DNA of 13,867 nucleotides from Acidimicrobiia bacterium (lineage in GTDB: Bacteria; Actinomycetota; Acidimicrobiia; Spongiisociales; Spongiisociaceae). A model generated the notes under the pieces. The model ran no database searches. It saw only the letters and a program-made list of their open reading frames with translations, and was not told the DNA's origin. A program made the position numbers and the translations under genes. Where the stretch lies: the NCBI GenBank assembly GCA_041576165.1, contig JBFGLM010000085.1, positions 1-13,867 of the forward strand, in the 5' to 3' direction. Of this stretch, positions 1-9,410 are shown one piece after another. Positions within the stretch are counted from its first letter, which is position 1. Each line of letters opens with the position of its first letter.

Positions 1-1
1 C

Positions 2-172
2 GGTCTGCCGCAGCGGGGCGACATCGAGAGGGAGCTCGCGGCTGAACTGGCCCGGCGCCGACGTCTGGAACTCGAGCCACCGGTCCGCATCGTCCGGGGG
101 ATTCAACGCCGGCTGCGCCGAATCCGACCCGGTAGCACCGCTAGTCGAGCCAGTCCCGAACGGCCGCAGTGA
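2..172 (+). CDS. 3' end of an unidentified protein entering from the left edge (partial)
   Basis: Frame starting at base 2 is open to TGA at 170-172: [56 protein letters not shown]. It has a helical, Arg-rich C-terminus and would overlap the convergent transketolase 3' end by 32 nt. No start codon is visible, so it is absent from the ORF track. Confidence 0.45.
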   Translation, partial: GLPQRGDIERELAAELARRRRLELEPPVRIVRGIQRRLRRIRPGSTASRASPERPQ

Positions 173-2093
173 CCGAATCGACTGTGAAACCAAGCTCCTC
201 GGCGATGCGGGCGGCCGGGGCCGATGCCCCGAACCGGTCGATGCCGATCATCAGTCCGCCATCGCCCACAACCCGTTCCCAGCCGAACGTGGCGGCCGCC
301 TCGATCGAGGCAATGGGCAGACCTCCGCCCAACACCGAGCGCCGGTATTCGTCACCCTGGGCGAAGAACAGCTCCCACGACGGCATGCTCACCACCCTCA
401 GCGAATACTGCTCAGCGAGCGCCTCGGCAGTGTCCAGCGCCAGCGAGACCTCCGAGCCGGTCGCAACGAGGACCGCGTCGGTGCCATCGCGAAGGACGTA
501 GGCACCGCGGGCCACGCCACCGACGGCAGCGCCACGGTCGAGGACCGGTATTCCCTGGCGGGTGCCCAGCACAACCACCGGACCTTCCCGATGGTTCAGT
601 GCCACCTCCCATGCCTCCACCATCTCACCGGCGTCGGCCGGGCGTATCACCGTGATGCCCGGCATCGCCCGCAGGGACGCCAGCTGCTCGATGGGCTGGT
701 GGGTCGGCCCGTCCTCGCCCAGGAACACCGACTCGTGGGTGTAGACCCAGATCGAAGGTGCGCCCATCAGCGCGGACAGCCGCACTGCGGGTCGCATGTA
801 GTCACTGAATATGAAGAAAGTCGCACCGTACGGGCGCAACCCACCGTGGAGCGCCATCCCGTTGGTGATCGTGCCCATGGCATGTTCTCGCACCCCGAAA
901 TGGATGTTGCGGCCGGTGCGATCCTTCTTGGAGAAGCTGCCGGAGAACGAGATCTCGGTTTTGGTCGACTCGACCAGGTCGGCCGCCCCGCCAATCAAGC
1001 CGGGCACCTTTTCTGCCATCTGATCGAAGATCTGGCCCATCGCAGCCCGGGTCGCCAGCTTGGAGCCCACTTCGAAGCCAGGGTTGTCCAGCGAAACCGG
1101 CTCCGGGTCGTAGTACGCGTTCCAGCGGGCCGCCAGATCCGGATCGGCTTCGAACATCGCCGACCGACGCTCATTCCACTTGGCATGGGCGGCGCGGCCT
1201 CGCTCCATGGCGGACTGGAAGTGCTCCCGGACGCCGTCCGGGACGTAGAAATCGACGTCGGGCCATCCGACTTCGGCACGCCAGCCGGCGATCTCGGACT
1301 CACCCAGCGGCGCCCCATGTGCCATGGCAGTCCCGGCCTTGGTGGGCGCGCCCTTGGCGATGGTCGTATGGGCAATCACCAGGCTCGGGCGATCCTCCAC
1401 TGCGATGGCCACATCGAACGCCTCGGCAATCGCGGCATCGTCATGTCCGTCGATGCTGACCGTGTGCCAGCCCACGGCCTCAAAGCGAGCCGGCACGTCT
1501 TCGCTGAACGTGATGTCGGTGGAGCCGTCGATCGAGATCTCGTTGTCGTCGTAGACGTAGATCAGCCGGCCCAAGCCCAGGTACCCGGCCAGTGATGCGG
1601 TCTCAGAACTGACCCCTTCCATGAGGTCCCCATCGGAGACGAACCCCCAGGTGCGGTGGCTGACCAGCTCCGAGCCGAAGACGGACCTCAGGTGTTCCTC
1701 TGCGATTGCCATGCCCACCGCTGTCCCGAAACCCTGTCCCAGCGGCCCGGTGGTCATCTCGATACCGATTCCGGGTTCGTACTCGGGGTGCCCGGCGGTG
1801 TGCGAGCCCCACTGGCGGAACGACATCAGCTGCTCCATCGGCAAGGGGAAGCCAGACAGGTGCAGCAGTGAGTAGAGCAGCATCGAGCCGTGCCCGTTGG
1901 AGAGCACGAAACGATCGCGGTCCTCCCAGCGGGGTTCGTCCGGATTCACTTTGAGGTATCGAGTCCAGAGGATCACGGCCAATTCGGCCATCCCCATGGG
2001 TGCGCCGGGATGGCCCGAGTTGGCCTTCTGGACGGCATCCATGGAAAGCGCCCGGATTGTCTGGGCGGCAAGCACGTCAATCGCAGCGGTCAT
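141..2093 (-). CDS. tkt: Transketolase (~650 aa)
   Basis: Motifs [34 protein letters not shown], ThDP-binding SDGDLMEG...[27 protein letters not shown]. Start moved to the ATG at 2093 (MTAAID), which has GGAGGT just upstream (2098-2103, minus strand). Confidence 0.97.
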   Translation of the reverse strand: MTAAIDVLAAQTIRALSMDAVQKANSGHPGAPMGMAELAVILWTRYLKVNPDEPRWEDRDRFVLSNGHGSMLLYSLLHLSGFPLPMEQLMSFRQWGSHTAGHPEYEPGIGIEMTTGPLGQGFGTAVGMAIAEEHLRSVFGSELVSHRTWGFVSDGDLMEGVSSETASLAGYLGLGRLIYVYDDNEISIDGSTDITFSEDVPARFEAVGWHTVSIDGHDDAAIAEAFDVAIAVEDRPSLVIAHTTIAKGAPTKAGTAMAHGAPLGESEIAGWRAEVGWPDVDFYVPDGVREHFQSAMERGRAAHAKWNERRSAMFEADPDLAARWNAYYDPEPVSLDNPGFEVGSKLATRAAMGQIFDQMAEKVPGLIGGAADLVESTKTEISFSGSFSKKDRTGRNIHFGVREHAMGTITNGMALHGGLRPYGATFFIFSDYMRPAVRLSALMGAPSIWVYTHESVFLGEDGPTHQPIEQLASLRAMPGITVIRPADAGEMVEAWEVALNHREGPVVVLGTRQGIPVLDRGAAVGGVARGAYVLRDGTDAVLVATGSEVSLALDTAEALAEQYSLRVVSMPSWELFFAQGDEYRRSVLGGGLPIASIEAAATFGWERVVGDGGLMIGIDRFGASAPAARIAEELGFTVDSVTAAVRDWLD

Positions 2094-2097
2094 CAGC

Positions 2098-2117
2098 ACC
2101 TCCGGCCCGTGAGCGTA
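2098..2117 (-). promoter_or_regulatory. Putative -10 box (TACGCT, 2112-2117) and Shine-Dalgarno (GGAGGT, 2098-2103) of tkt
   Basis: Minus strand reads TACGCT-cacgggcc-GGAGGT-gctg-ATG, matching the TANNNT -10 consensus and a strong SD. Confidence 0.5.
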
Positions 2118-2148
2118 GCCTCTCAGCCGATCACCGCAGGCTGCGCTC
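2111..2148. repeat. 11-bp inverted repeat with 16-nt spacer in the tkt/sat divergent region
   Basis: GAGCGTAGCCT (2111-2121) and AGGCTGCGCTC (2138-2148) are reverse complements at 10 of 11 positions. Confidence 0.6.
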
Positions 2149-2152
2149 GATC

Positions 2153-2180
2153 TTGTGGATGACACCCGGCCCGGTACACT
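2153..2180 (+). promoter_or_regulatory. Putative housekeeping-sigma promoter of sat-cysC
   Basis: TTGTGG (2153-2158), 16-nt spacer, TACACT (2175-2180), about 80 nt upstream of the GTG start. Confidence 0.4.
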
Positions 2181-2260
2181 CACCAGGAGAGAAGTTTCGG
2201 GCCGACCCGATGCGTCTCAGCCAGTTCCTCTACAACATCCCGATCGAAGGAACCTTTCGC

Positions 2261-3973
2261 GTGCCTACCCAACTGATCACACCACATGGTGGCGCGCTCG
2301 TCGACCTCCTCGTTTCCGACGAGCGCGCAGCCGAACTGAGAGAAGCGTCGCGCTACTGGAGCTCATGGGATTTGACGCAGCGCCAGCTCTGCGACCTCGA
2401 GCTGCTCATGAGCGGCGGGTTTTCCCCGCTGCGCGGATTCATGAACCGGACGGATTACACCAGCGCCCGCGACACCATGCGGCTGGCCGACGGCACGCTG
2501 TTCCCAATCCCGATCACCCTCGACGTGGATGCGGAGTTCGCTGCCTCGGTCGCAGCGGGCCACCGGATCGCGTTACGGGATCCGGAGGGGGTCATGCTGG
2601 CGGTTCTCACCGTCGAGGACATTTGGGAACCGGACAAGAACGAGGAAGCTGAGAAGGCGTTTGGAACCACCAACGCCGAACATCCGGCCGTCGGCTATCT
2701 GATGAAAACTGCGGGTAGCCACTACATTGGCGGATCGATCGAGGGCGTGCACGCTCCCATCCACTATGACTTCGAGTGGCTACGCACCACTCCGGCCGAG
2801 CTCCGCGAGCTTTTTGCCGATCGCGGATGGGACAAAGTCGTGGCATTCCAGACCCGCAATCCCATGCACCGGGCCCACGTCGAGCTCACCCGGCGGGCCG
2901 CCGACGAGTTGGGGGCGCATTTGCTCATCCACCCCGTCGTGGGAATGACCAAGCCTGGTGATGTCGATCATTACACCCGGGTGAGGGTGTATCAGCGGAT
3001 TCTCGGCCGGTATCCAAACGGGGCAGCATTGTCGCTGCTGCCGCTCGCAATGCGGATGGCCGGACCCCGCGAAGCCTTGTGGCACGCCATCATTCGCAAG
3101 AACTACGGCGTCACTCACCTGATCGTCGGGCGCGACCACGCCGGCCCCGGCAGCGACTCGTCGGACACAGCGTTCTACGGGCCCTACGCCGCCCAGGAGT
3201 TGATGTCGCAGCATCAGGACGAGATCGGGGTGGAGATGGTGCCCTTCAAGTTGATGGTGTATGTCCCGTCCCAGGATGCGTACATGCCCGTCGACGAGGT
3301 ACCCGAAGGCACCGAAACCCTCAGCATCTCGGGCACGGACCTCCGGGACCGCCTCGGTAACGGCGACGACATACCCGCGTGGTTCTCTTACCCGGAGGTG
3401 GTCGCCGAGCTGCGGCGCACGAGCCGGCCGCGCCATGAGCAAGGCTTCACAGTGTTCTTCACGGGATTGTCCGGCTCGGGCAAGTCGACCGTCGCCAACG
3501 CGCTGATGGTGAAGCTGCTCGAACGCGGCGGCCGCACGGTCACCATGCTCGACGGTGATGTGGTCCGCAAGAACCTGTCAAAGGGCCTCGGTTTTTCAAA
3601 GGAAGACCGGGACACCAACGTCGAACGGATCGGGTATGTCGCGTCCGAGATCACCAAGGCGGGAGGAGTGGCGATCTGCGCCCCCATCGCCCCTTATGCC
3701 GGTTCGCGCGCAGCCAACCGTGATGCCATCAGCAGCCAGGGCGGCTACATCCTGGTGTACGTCTCCACACCCCTGGAGGTATGCGAGGCCCGGGATCGCA
3801 AGGGCCTCTATGCGAAAGCCCGGGCGGGCGTCCTCAAGGAATTCACCGGCATTTCGGATCCCTACGAGGAGCCGGAAGACGCCGACCTGACGATCGACAC
3901 GACCGAGATCACGCCGGAGCATGCAGCCGATGAGATCGTCGGATACCTCGAGGCTGAGGGGTACCTGGGCTGA
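2261..3973 (+). CDS. sat/cysC: Bifunctional sulfate adenylyltransferase (Sat-type ATP sulfurylase) / adenylylsulfate kinase (~570 aa)
   Basis: N-terminal Sat domain: PHGG, GFSPL.GFM, FQTRNPMHRAH, MRMAGPREA, VGRDHAG, ISGT. C-terminal APS kinase: FTGLSGSGKST P-loop, LDGD, LGFSKEDR, RDRKGLY, FTGISDPYEEP. Start set at GTG 2261 (VPTQLITPHGG) after an AAGGA SD; the ORF-track extension to 2000 overlaps tkt. Confidence 0.95.
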   Translation: MPTQLITPHGGALVDLLVSDERAAELREASRYWSSWDLTQRQLCDLELLMSGGFSPLRGFMNRTDYTSARDTMRLADGTLFPIPITLDVDAEFAASVAAGHRIALRDPEGVMLAVLTVEDIWEPDKNEEAEKAFGTTNAEHPAVGYLMKTAGSHYIGGSIEGVHAPIHYDFEWLRTTPAELRELFADRGWDKVVAFQTRNPMHRAHVELTRRAADELGAHLLIHPVVGMTKPGDVDHYTRVRVYQRILGRYPNGAALSLLPLAMRMAGPREALWHAIIRKNYGVTHLIVGRDHAGPGSDSSDTAFYGPYAAQELMSQHQDEIGVEMVPFKLMVYVPSQDAYMPVDEVPEGTETLSISGTDLRDRLGNGDDIPAWFSYPEVVAELRRTSRPRHEQGFTVFFTGLSGSGKSTVANALMVKLLERGGRTVTMLDGDVVRKNLSKGLGFSKEDRDTNVERIGYVASEITKAGGVAICAPIAPYAGSRAANRDAISSQGGYILVYVSTPLEVCEARDRKGLYAKARAGVLKEFTGISDPYEEPEDADLTIDTTEITPEHAADEIVGYLEAEGYLG

Positions 3974-3974
3974 G

Positions 3975-4040
3975 CGGTTTCGACCGGGGGCCCGATCCAC
4001 GACGGCTCAGGCCGGCGACGTCACCGGTCGTGCCGGATCC
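3975..4040 (+). terminator. Possible structure-only terminator or 3' stabilising hairpins after sat-cysC
   Basis: CGGT-TTCG-ACCG hairpin (3975-3986) directly after the stop, then GATCC/GGATC (3994-3998/4035-4039) and CACGAC/GTCGTG (3998-4003/4027-4032). There is no U-tract. Confidence 0.25.
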
Positions 4041-4183
4041 AGTGCGATCGCTCGCCGGCCGGGGCCGGGGCGAACGGCGCCGTTGACGGCCGCCCAATGA
4101 TCGAACCGACGGACTCGCCGTGTCGTTCTTGGCCCCAATCGGACAACAAACAAACACGATGGTGTACGGCGCGGGCGCTTATA

Positions 4184-4300
4184 GGTTGGGTGACTACGCC
4201 CGGCTGGGGTCGCCGCTCCCCTTGCTGTCGCCACCTCGATGATGGCGCCGGGCTTGCGGCCGGTCCAGGAGGAAGCCAGATGCACAACGCCCACCCGACC
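4184..4300 (+). ncRNA. Candidate structured RNA / cis-regulatory leader upstream of cysQ (family not recognised; strand not certain)
   Basis: Outer helix GGTTGGGTG (4184-4192) / CACCCGACC (4292-4300). Inner helix GCCCGGC (4198-4204) / GCCGGGC (4247-4253) encloses two hairpins, GGGG/CCCC (4206-4209/4218-4221) and GCCA/TGGC (4230-4233/4243-4246). Confidence 0.35.
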
Positions 4301-4327
4301 GAATCAACCGCCCTCACGCGTCGTTGA
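4280..4327 (+). CDS. Putative 15-aa leader peptide/uORF MHNAHPTESTALTRR
   Basis: Perfect AGGAGG (4267-4272) lies 7 nt before ATG 4280. The stop TGA (4325-4327) overlaps the cysQ ATG (4327-4329) as TGATG. Confidence 0.45.
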   Translation: MHNAHPTESTALTRR

Positions 4328-5109
4328 TGTCCGTCGCTCGCCAACACGACCTCGACCGCATCGAGCATGCTCTCGACGTGGCCGGCAAAGCGCTGGCGCC
4401 GTTCACTCCGGGGACCATCGATGCCACCCTGAAGACCGGCGGCGACCCGCTCACCGCCGCGGATACAGCAGTGGACGAGGCTTTGAGGTCGGCGCTGTGG
4501 AACGCTGGGGAAGGGTGGCTCTCAGAGGAGACCGCTGACGACGGACGCCGGTTGAGCTGCGACCGCACCTGGATCGTGGACCCAATTGACGGCACACGCG
4601 AGTTCATACAGGGCATTCCGGAGTGGTGCGTATCGGTCGGTTTGGTCGAGGACGGCCTGCCGGTGGCAGGCGGGATCCTGTCGCCCGCCGCCGGGCACCG
4701 CATCGTTGGGTCGATCGAAACCGGCGTAACGCTCAACGGACAACCGGTCGCTGCGAGCGGCTGCGCGTCGCTCGCAGGGGCGTTGGTCCTTGCATCACGC
4801 AGCGAGGTGAAGCGGGGCGAATGGAACCGGTTCTTCGCTACCGAGATCTCGGTCCGCAACATGGGCTCGGTGGCATACAAGCTGGGCCTGGTGGCGGCCG
4901 GGCTGGCCGACGCCACATGGACCCTTGTTCCCAAGAATGAGTGGGACGTAGCGGCCGGGGCTGCACTGGTGCGCGCAGCGGGCGCCGAGGCTTGGGACCT
5001 TTCCGGATCTCCTCGACAGTTCAACCAGCCCGACCCAAAGATGCCCGGGTTCGTGGCCGCCACCGCCGGCATTGCGGGGCAGCTCCCTGCGTTCCTCGGG
5101 GTTGGCTGA
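4327..5109 (+). CDS. cysQ: Inositol monophosphatase/FIG-family phosphatase, probably 3'(2'),5'-bisphosphate nucleotidase CysQ (~260 aa)
   Basis: Motifs DPLTAAD, LSEE, WIVDPIDGTREF, ASRS, MGSVAYK, EWDVAAG. It sits directly downstream of the PAPS-synthesising Sat-CysC, which favours CysQ over SuhB. Confidence 0.85.
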   Translation: MSVARQHDLDRIEHALDVAGKALAPFTPGTIDATLKTGGDPLTAADTAVDEALRSALWNAGEGWLSEETADDGRRLSCDRTWIVDPIDGTREFIQGIPEWCVSVGLVEDGLPVAGGILSPAAGHRIVGSIETGVTLNGQPVAASGCASLAGALVLASRSEVKRGEWNRFFATEISVRNMGSVAYKLGLVAAGLADATWTLVPKNEWDVAAGAALVRAAGAEAWDLSGSPRQFNQPDPKMPGFVAATAGIAGQLPAFLGVG

Positions 5110-5127
5110 CGCCGACGCCCAGCGTTA

Positions 5128-5856
5128 TCAGCCCGCCATCGCCAGCTCAGCCAAGACGGCGGCAACCGCCTCCGGAGGGTACGCCCCCGTGATCCGCTCG
5201 ACGACGGTGCCGTCGCCATCCAGAATCACGTAGTACGGGAAAGCGGTTAGCCCGTACGACCGGGCGATCGATGACGCCGCGTCGTCGACCAGAACCGGGG
5301 CCGTCCAACCTTCCCGCTCAAGCCACGCTGAAGGCGGGTAGTTGGCCCGAGCCGGGTCATTGGCCGTGGCCACCGAGATCAGCTCGGTGCCGGCCGGGAA
5401 CCCCGTCCCGTCCGTATATGCCTGCATTGGCGGGACCTCCGCCTGGCAGTGCGGGCACCAATGGGCCAGGAACAGTACCGCCTTGGGCGTTCCATCATGT
5501 GTGAGCGACAGGGGCATTCCGTCGAAGTCGACAGATGTGAACTCGGGAGCGATCGCGCCCACCGCCGGATCGGATGGTGCCTGCGGGTCATGCGGCGCCA
5601 GCGTGCCACCGTCGATTTGCACGTCCGGATTGTCCGGCATGGCACCGGACGGGGCTTCCTCGTTGGCAAGGCCAACGGCCACAACCACGATGAACAGCAG
5701 AACCGCCAGCGCCCCGCCGATACCGAGGAGAACCCTCGGATTCATCCGCGGCTCGCGATGGTCATCGACAGCCGGGAGGGCCCTCCGAGCTCGACCACCT
5801 TGGTGGTTCCCGAGCTTGCCACGCGGCTCCGGCCGCTTTCCTTCAGTTCTGGCCAT
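5128..5856 (-). CDS. Membrane-anchored thioredoxin-fold disulfide oxidoreductase (TlpA/ResA/DsbE-like, WCPHC)
   Basis: Basic N-tail, one TM helix (LLGIGGALAVLLFIVVVAVGL), APEF, FLAHWCPHCQAEVP active site, YGLTAFP cis-Pro loop, ILDGDG. The ATG at 5856 directly follows the upstream TGA and has a GAGGAG SD. Confidence 0.88.
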   Translation of the reverse strand: MARTEGKRPEPRGKLGNHQGGRARRALPAVDDHREPRMNPRVLLGIGGALAVLLFIVVVAVGLANEEAPSGAMPDNPDVQIDGGTLAPHDPQAPSDPAVGAIAPEFTSVDFDGMPLSLTHDGTPKAVLFLAHWCPHCQAEVPPMQAYTDGTGFPAGTELISVATANDPARANYPPSAWLEREGWTAPVLVDDAASSIARSYGLTAFPYYVILDGDGTVVERITGAYPPEAVAAVLAELAMAG

Positions 5857-6408
5857 TCACGGACTCCTCGTTGGGGTTGGTGCACGAGCGGCGTGGATTA
5901 CCCGCTGGCGGACCCACATCAGGGCGGCCACAAACAGAAAGCCGGAAAGCGCCATGAGCGGGATCGTCACGAAGCCGAAGTGCGATACCCAGATCTGGGT
6001 GCACGGCGCGGTAGCCGAGCAAAAACTCTCGCCCGGCAGCCACCCGTGCTGTTCCGCCAGGTGGAACACGGACACGCTCGACCCTGCCAGCGACCAGGGG
6101 ATCGCCCACCTCCAAATGTTCGCCCACCCCTGCCACCAGGCCAGCCAGAGCACAAGCGCGAGTGGATACATGAACCCACGCTGGATCCAGCAGAGCAGGC
6201 ACGGCACGAAGTGAGCCACCTCCGACAAGTAGAGGCTGCCGAGAGTGGCCACGGTGGCGACGCTGGCTGCGGCCGGTAGGGCATACGGCCCGATCTCCGG
6301 CGCCAGGTTGTCACGCCGGTACGAAACCATGACTCCCGCGATGCCGGCAGCGCCGGCCAGGGACACCAGGCTCAAAACGGCGAAGAACAGCGTCATTACT
6401 TCGGTCAT
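5857..6408 (-). CDS. dsbB: Disulfide bond formation protein B (DsbB/BdbC family, ~183 aa)
   Basis: GSLYLSE, PCLLCWIQR.FMYPL, second Cys pair CSATAPC, FGFVTIP, multiple TM helices. Start at ATG 6408 (MTEVM). Confidence 0.9.
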   Translation of the reverse strand: MTEVMTLFFAVLSLVSLAGAAGIAGVMVSYRRDNLAPEIGPYALPAAASVATVATLGSLYLSEVAHFVPCLLCWIQRGFMYPLALVLWLAWWQGWANIWRWAIPWSLAGSSVSVFHLAEQHGWLPGESFCSATAPCTQIWVSHFGFVTIPLMALSGFLFVAALMWVRQRVIHAARAPTPTRSP

Positions 6409-6523
6409 TGCCGCCCCCAAGATTGCTGGATCCAGGTGCGCACACCAAAGCGGCAATCGTCCCTTTGCCGCCCGACGTCTGACCCGGCGCGGCGGCGGCA
6501 GACGCGAGGGTGATCGACGCAGG

Positions 6524-6529
6524 TACCAT
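6524..6529 (+). promoter_or_regulatory. Putative -10 box (TACCAT) of a leaderless VIT1 transcript
   Basis: TACCAT is followed by 7 nt and then ATG 6537, with no SD in between. Confidence 0.45.
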
Positions 6530-6536
6530 GCTGCTC

Positions 6537-7262
6537 ATGAACGCTCCCGCTGATCCGGTCGCGCATCCCTACGTCCCGCACGTCGGTGAGTCGCGCCAGT
6601 ACATGCGCGACATCATCCTCGGCGTCAACGATGGTCTCGTTTCGACCTTCCTACTCGTGACCGGCGTCGTCGGCGGTGGTCTGGCAGCCAGCCAAGTGTT
6701 CCTCACCGCCATCGCCGGTGCCATCGCCGGCGCCATTTCGATGGGAGCCGGCGAATATCTCGCGACCGTGTCTCAAGAAGAGGTCTTCGACCGCGAAATC
6801 GCACTGGAGCGGGAACACATCGCCCACCACCGCGAGCAGGAAGTCGAGCAGCTGCACGAGTTCTTCGAAGAGATGGGAGTTGACGGCGACGATCTGGAGA
6901 CCGTCGTTGAGGTGTTCGCCAAAGATGACGAGCGACTGCTGAACGCGATGAAGCGCCTGGAGTTCGGTGTCGTAGAGTCGGAGCGCCGCTCGCCCTACGC
7001 CGCCATGTTCGCCTCCAGCGGCTTGTTCTTGCTGGGCTCGCTCACGTCGGTAGTACCGTTTGCATTCACCACAGATGTCCAGCTCGGGCTCGCCCTGGCA
7101 TCTGTGCTGACGGGCATCGGGCTGTTCCTGGTGGGGGTGCTCAAGACGACGGTGACCAACACGAATCCCATTAGGGCCGGGCTCACGAACCTCGTCATCA
7201 CCGGGATCGGCGGCATCGCCGCATTTCTCATCGGGAGCGTGGTCGACGCCAGCCTCGGCTGA
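6537..7262 (+). CDS. VIT1/CCC1 family Fe2+/Mn2+ transporter (~241 aa)
   Basis: RDIILGVNDGLVS, AGAISMGAGEYL, Glu/His-rich cytoplasmic segment (REIALEREHIAHHREQEVEQL), C-terminal TM helices. Alternative starts are 6510 and 6528. Confidence 0.92.
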   Translation: MNAPADPVAHPYVPHVGESRQYMRDIILGVNDGLVSTFLLVTGVVGGGLAASQVFLTAIAGAIAGAISMGAGEYLATVSQEEVFDREIALEREHIAHHREQEVEQLHEFFEEMGVDGDDLETVVEVFAKDDERLLNAMKRLEFGVVESERRSPYAAMFASSGLFLLGSLTSVVPFAFTTDVQLGLALASVLTGIGLFLVGVLKTTVTNTNPIRAGLTNLVITGIGGIAAFLIGSVVDASLG

Positions 7263-7306
7263 GTCGCCGGCCCAGACTCACGACGTTGCCGGTTCCCCTT
7301 CGGAAT

Positions 7307-9274
<1,968 letters not shown>

Positions 9275-9410
9275 CGTGGCACACTCCCTGTTTTGACCGT
9301 ATTTCGGGGGCGAGGCTACCGCACACGCCGAACCGGTGCGGGCGTGGCTCCGTGTCCCCGACAACCAATTGGCGATAGGTGCGGCCGTGGCTGCCGATGT
9401 AGAGACAACG

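Noticed and set aside
591-1595. Long alternative ORFs (also 4314-5219, 5342-6214, 5449-6279, 7545-8522, 12654-13583)
   Set aside because: Antisense or off-frame shadows of well-supported genes, expected in high-GC DNA, with no recognisable motifs.
2000-2260. N-terminal extensions of Sat-CysC (from 2000) and tkt (from 2183) in the ORF track
   Set aside because: They overlap head-to-head and lack family features. SD-supported starts exist at 2261 and 2093.
4083-4111. TTGACG as a -35 element
   Set aside because: No TANNNT box at 16-18 nt spacing.
4205-4225. Minus-strand AAGGGGAGCGGC resembling the 5' end of a yybP-ykoY riboswitch
   Set aside because: The matching 3' elements are absent and no gene lies downstream on that strand.
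4255-4280. Resemblance of GCCGGTCCAGGAGGAAGCC to the SRP RNA helix-8 motif
   Set aside because: It lacks the CAGG...GGAA tetraloop...AGCAG consensus and the flanking long helix. The purine run is better explained as an SD.
4007-4368. 76-115 aa ORFs in the sat/cysQ intergenic region
   Set aside because: No SD, atypical composition and no motifs. Only the last 15 codons of 4097-4327 have an SD-supported start.
5760-5856. Possible Tat signal (RARRAL) in the thioredoxin-fold protein
   Set aside because: Poor match to S/T-R-R-x-F-L and separated from the hydrophobic helix by a charged stretch. More likely a basic cytoplasmic tail.
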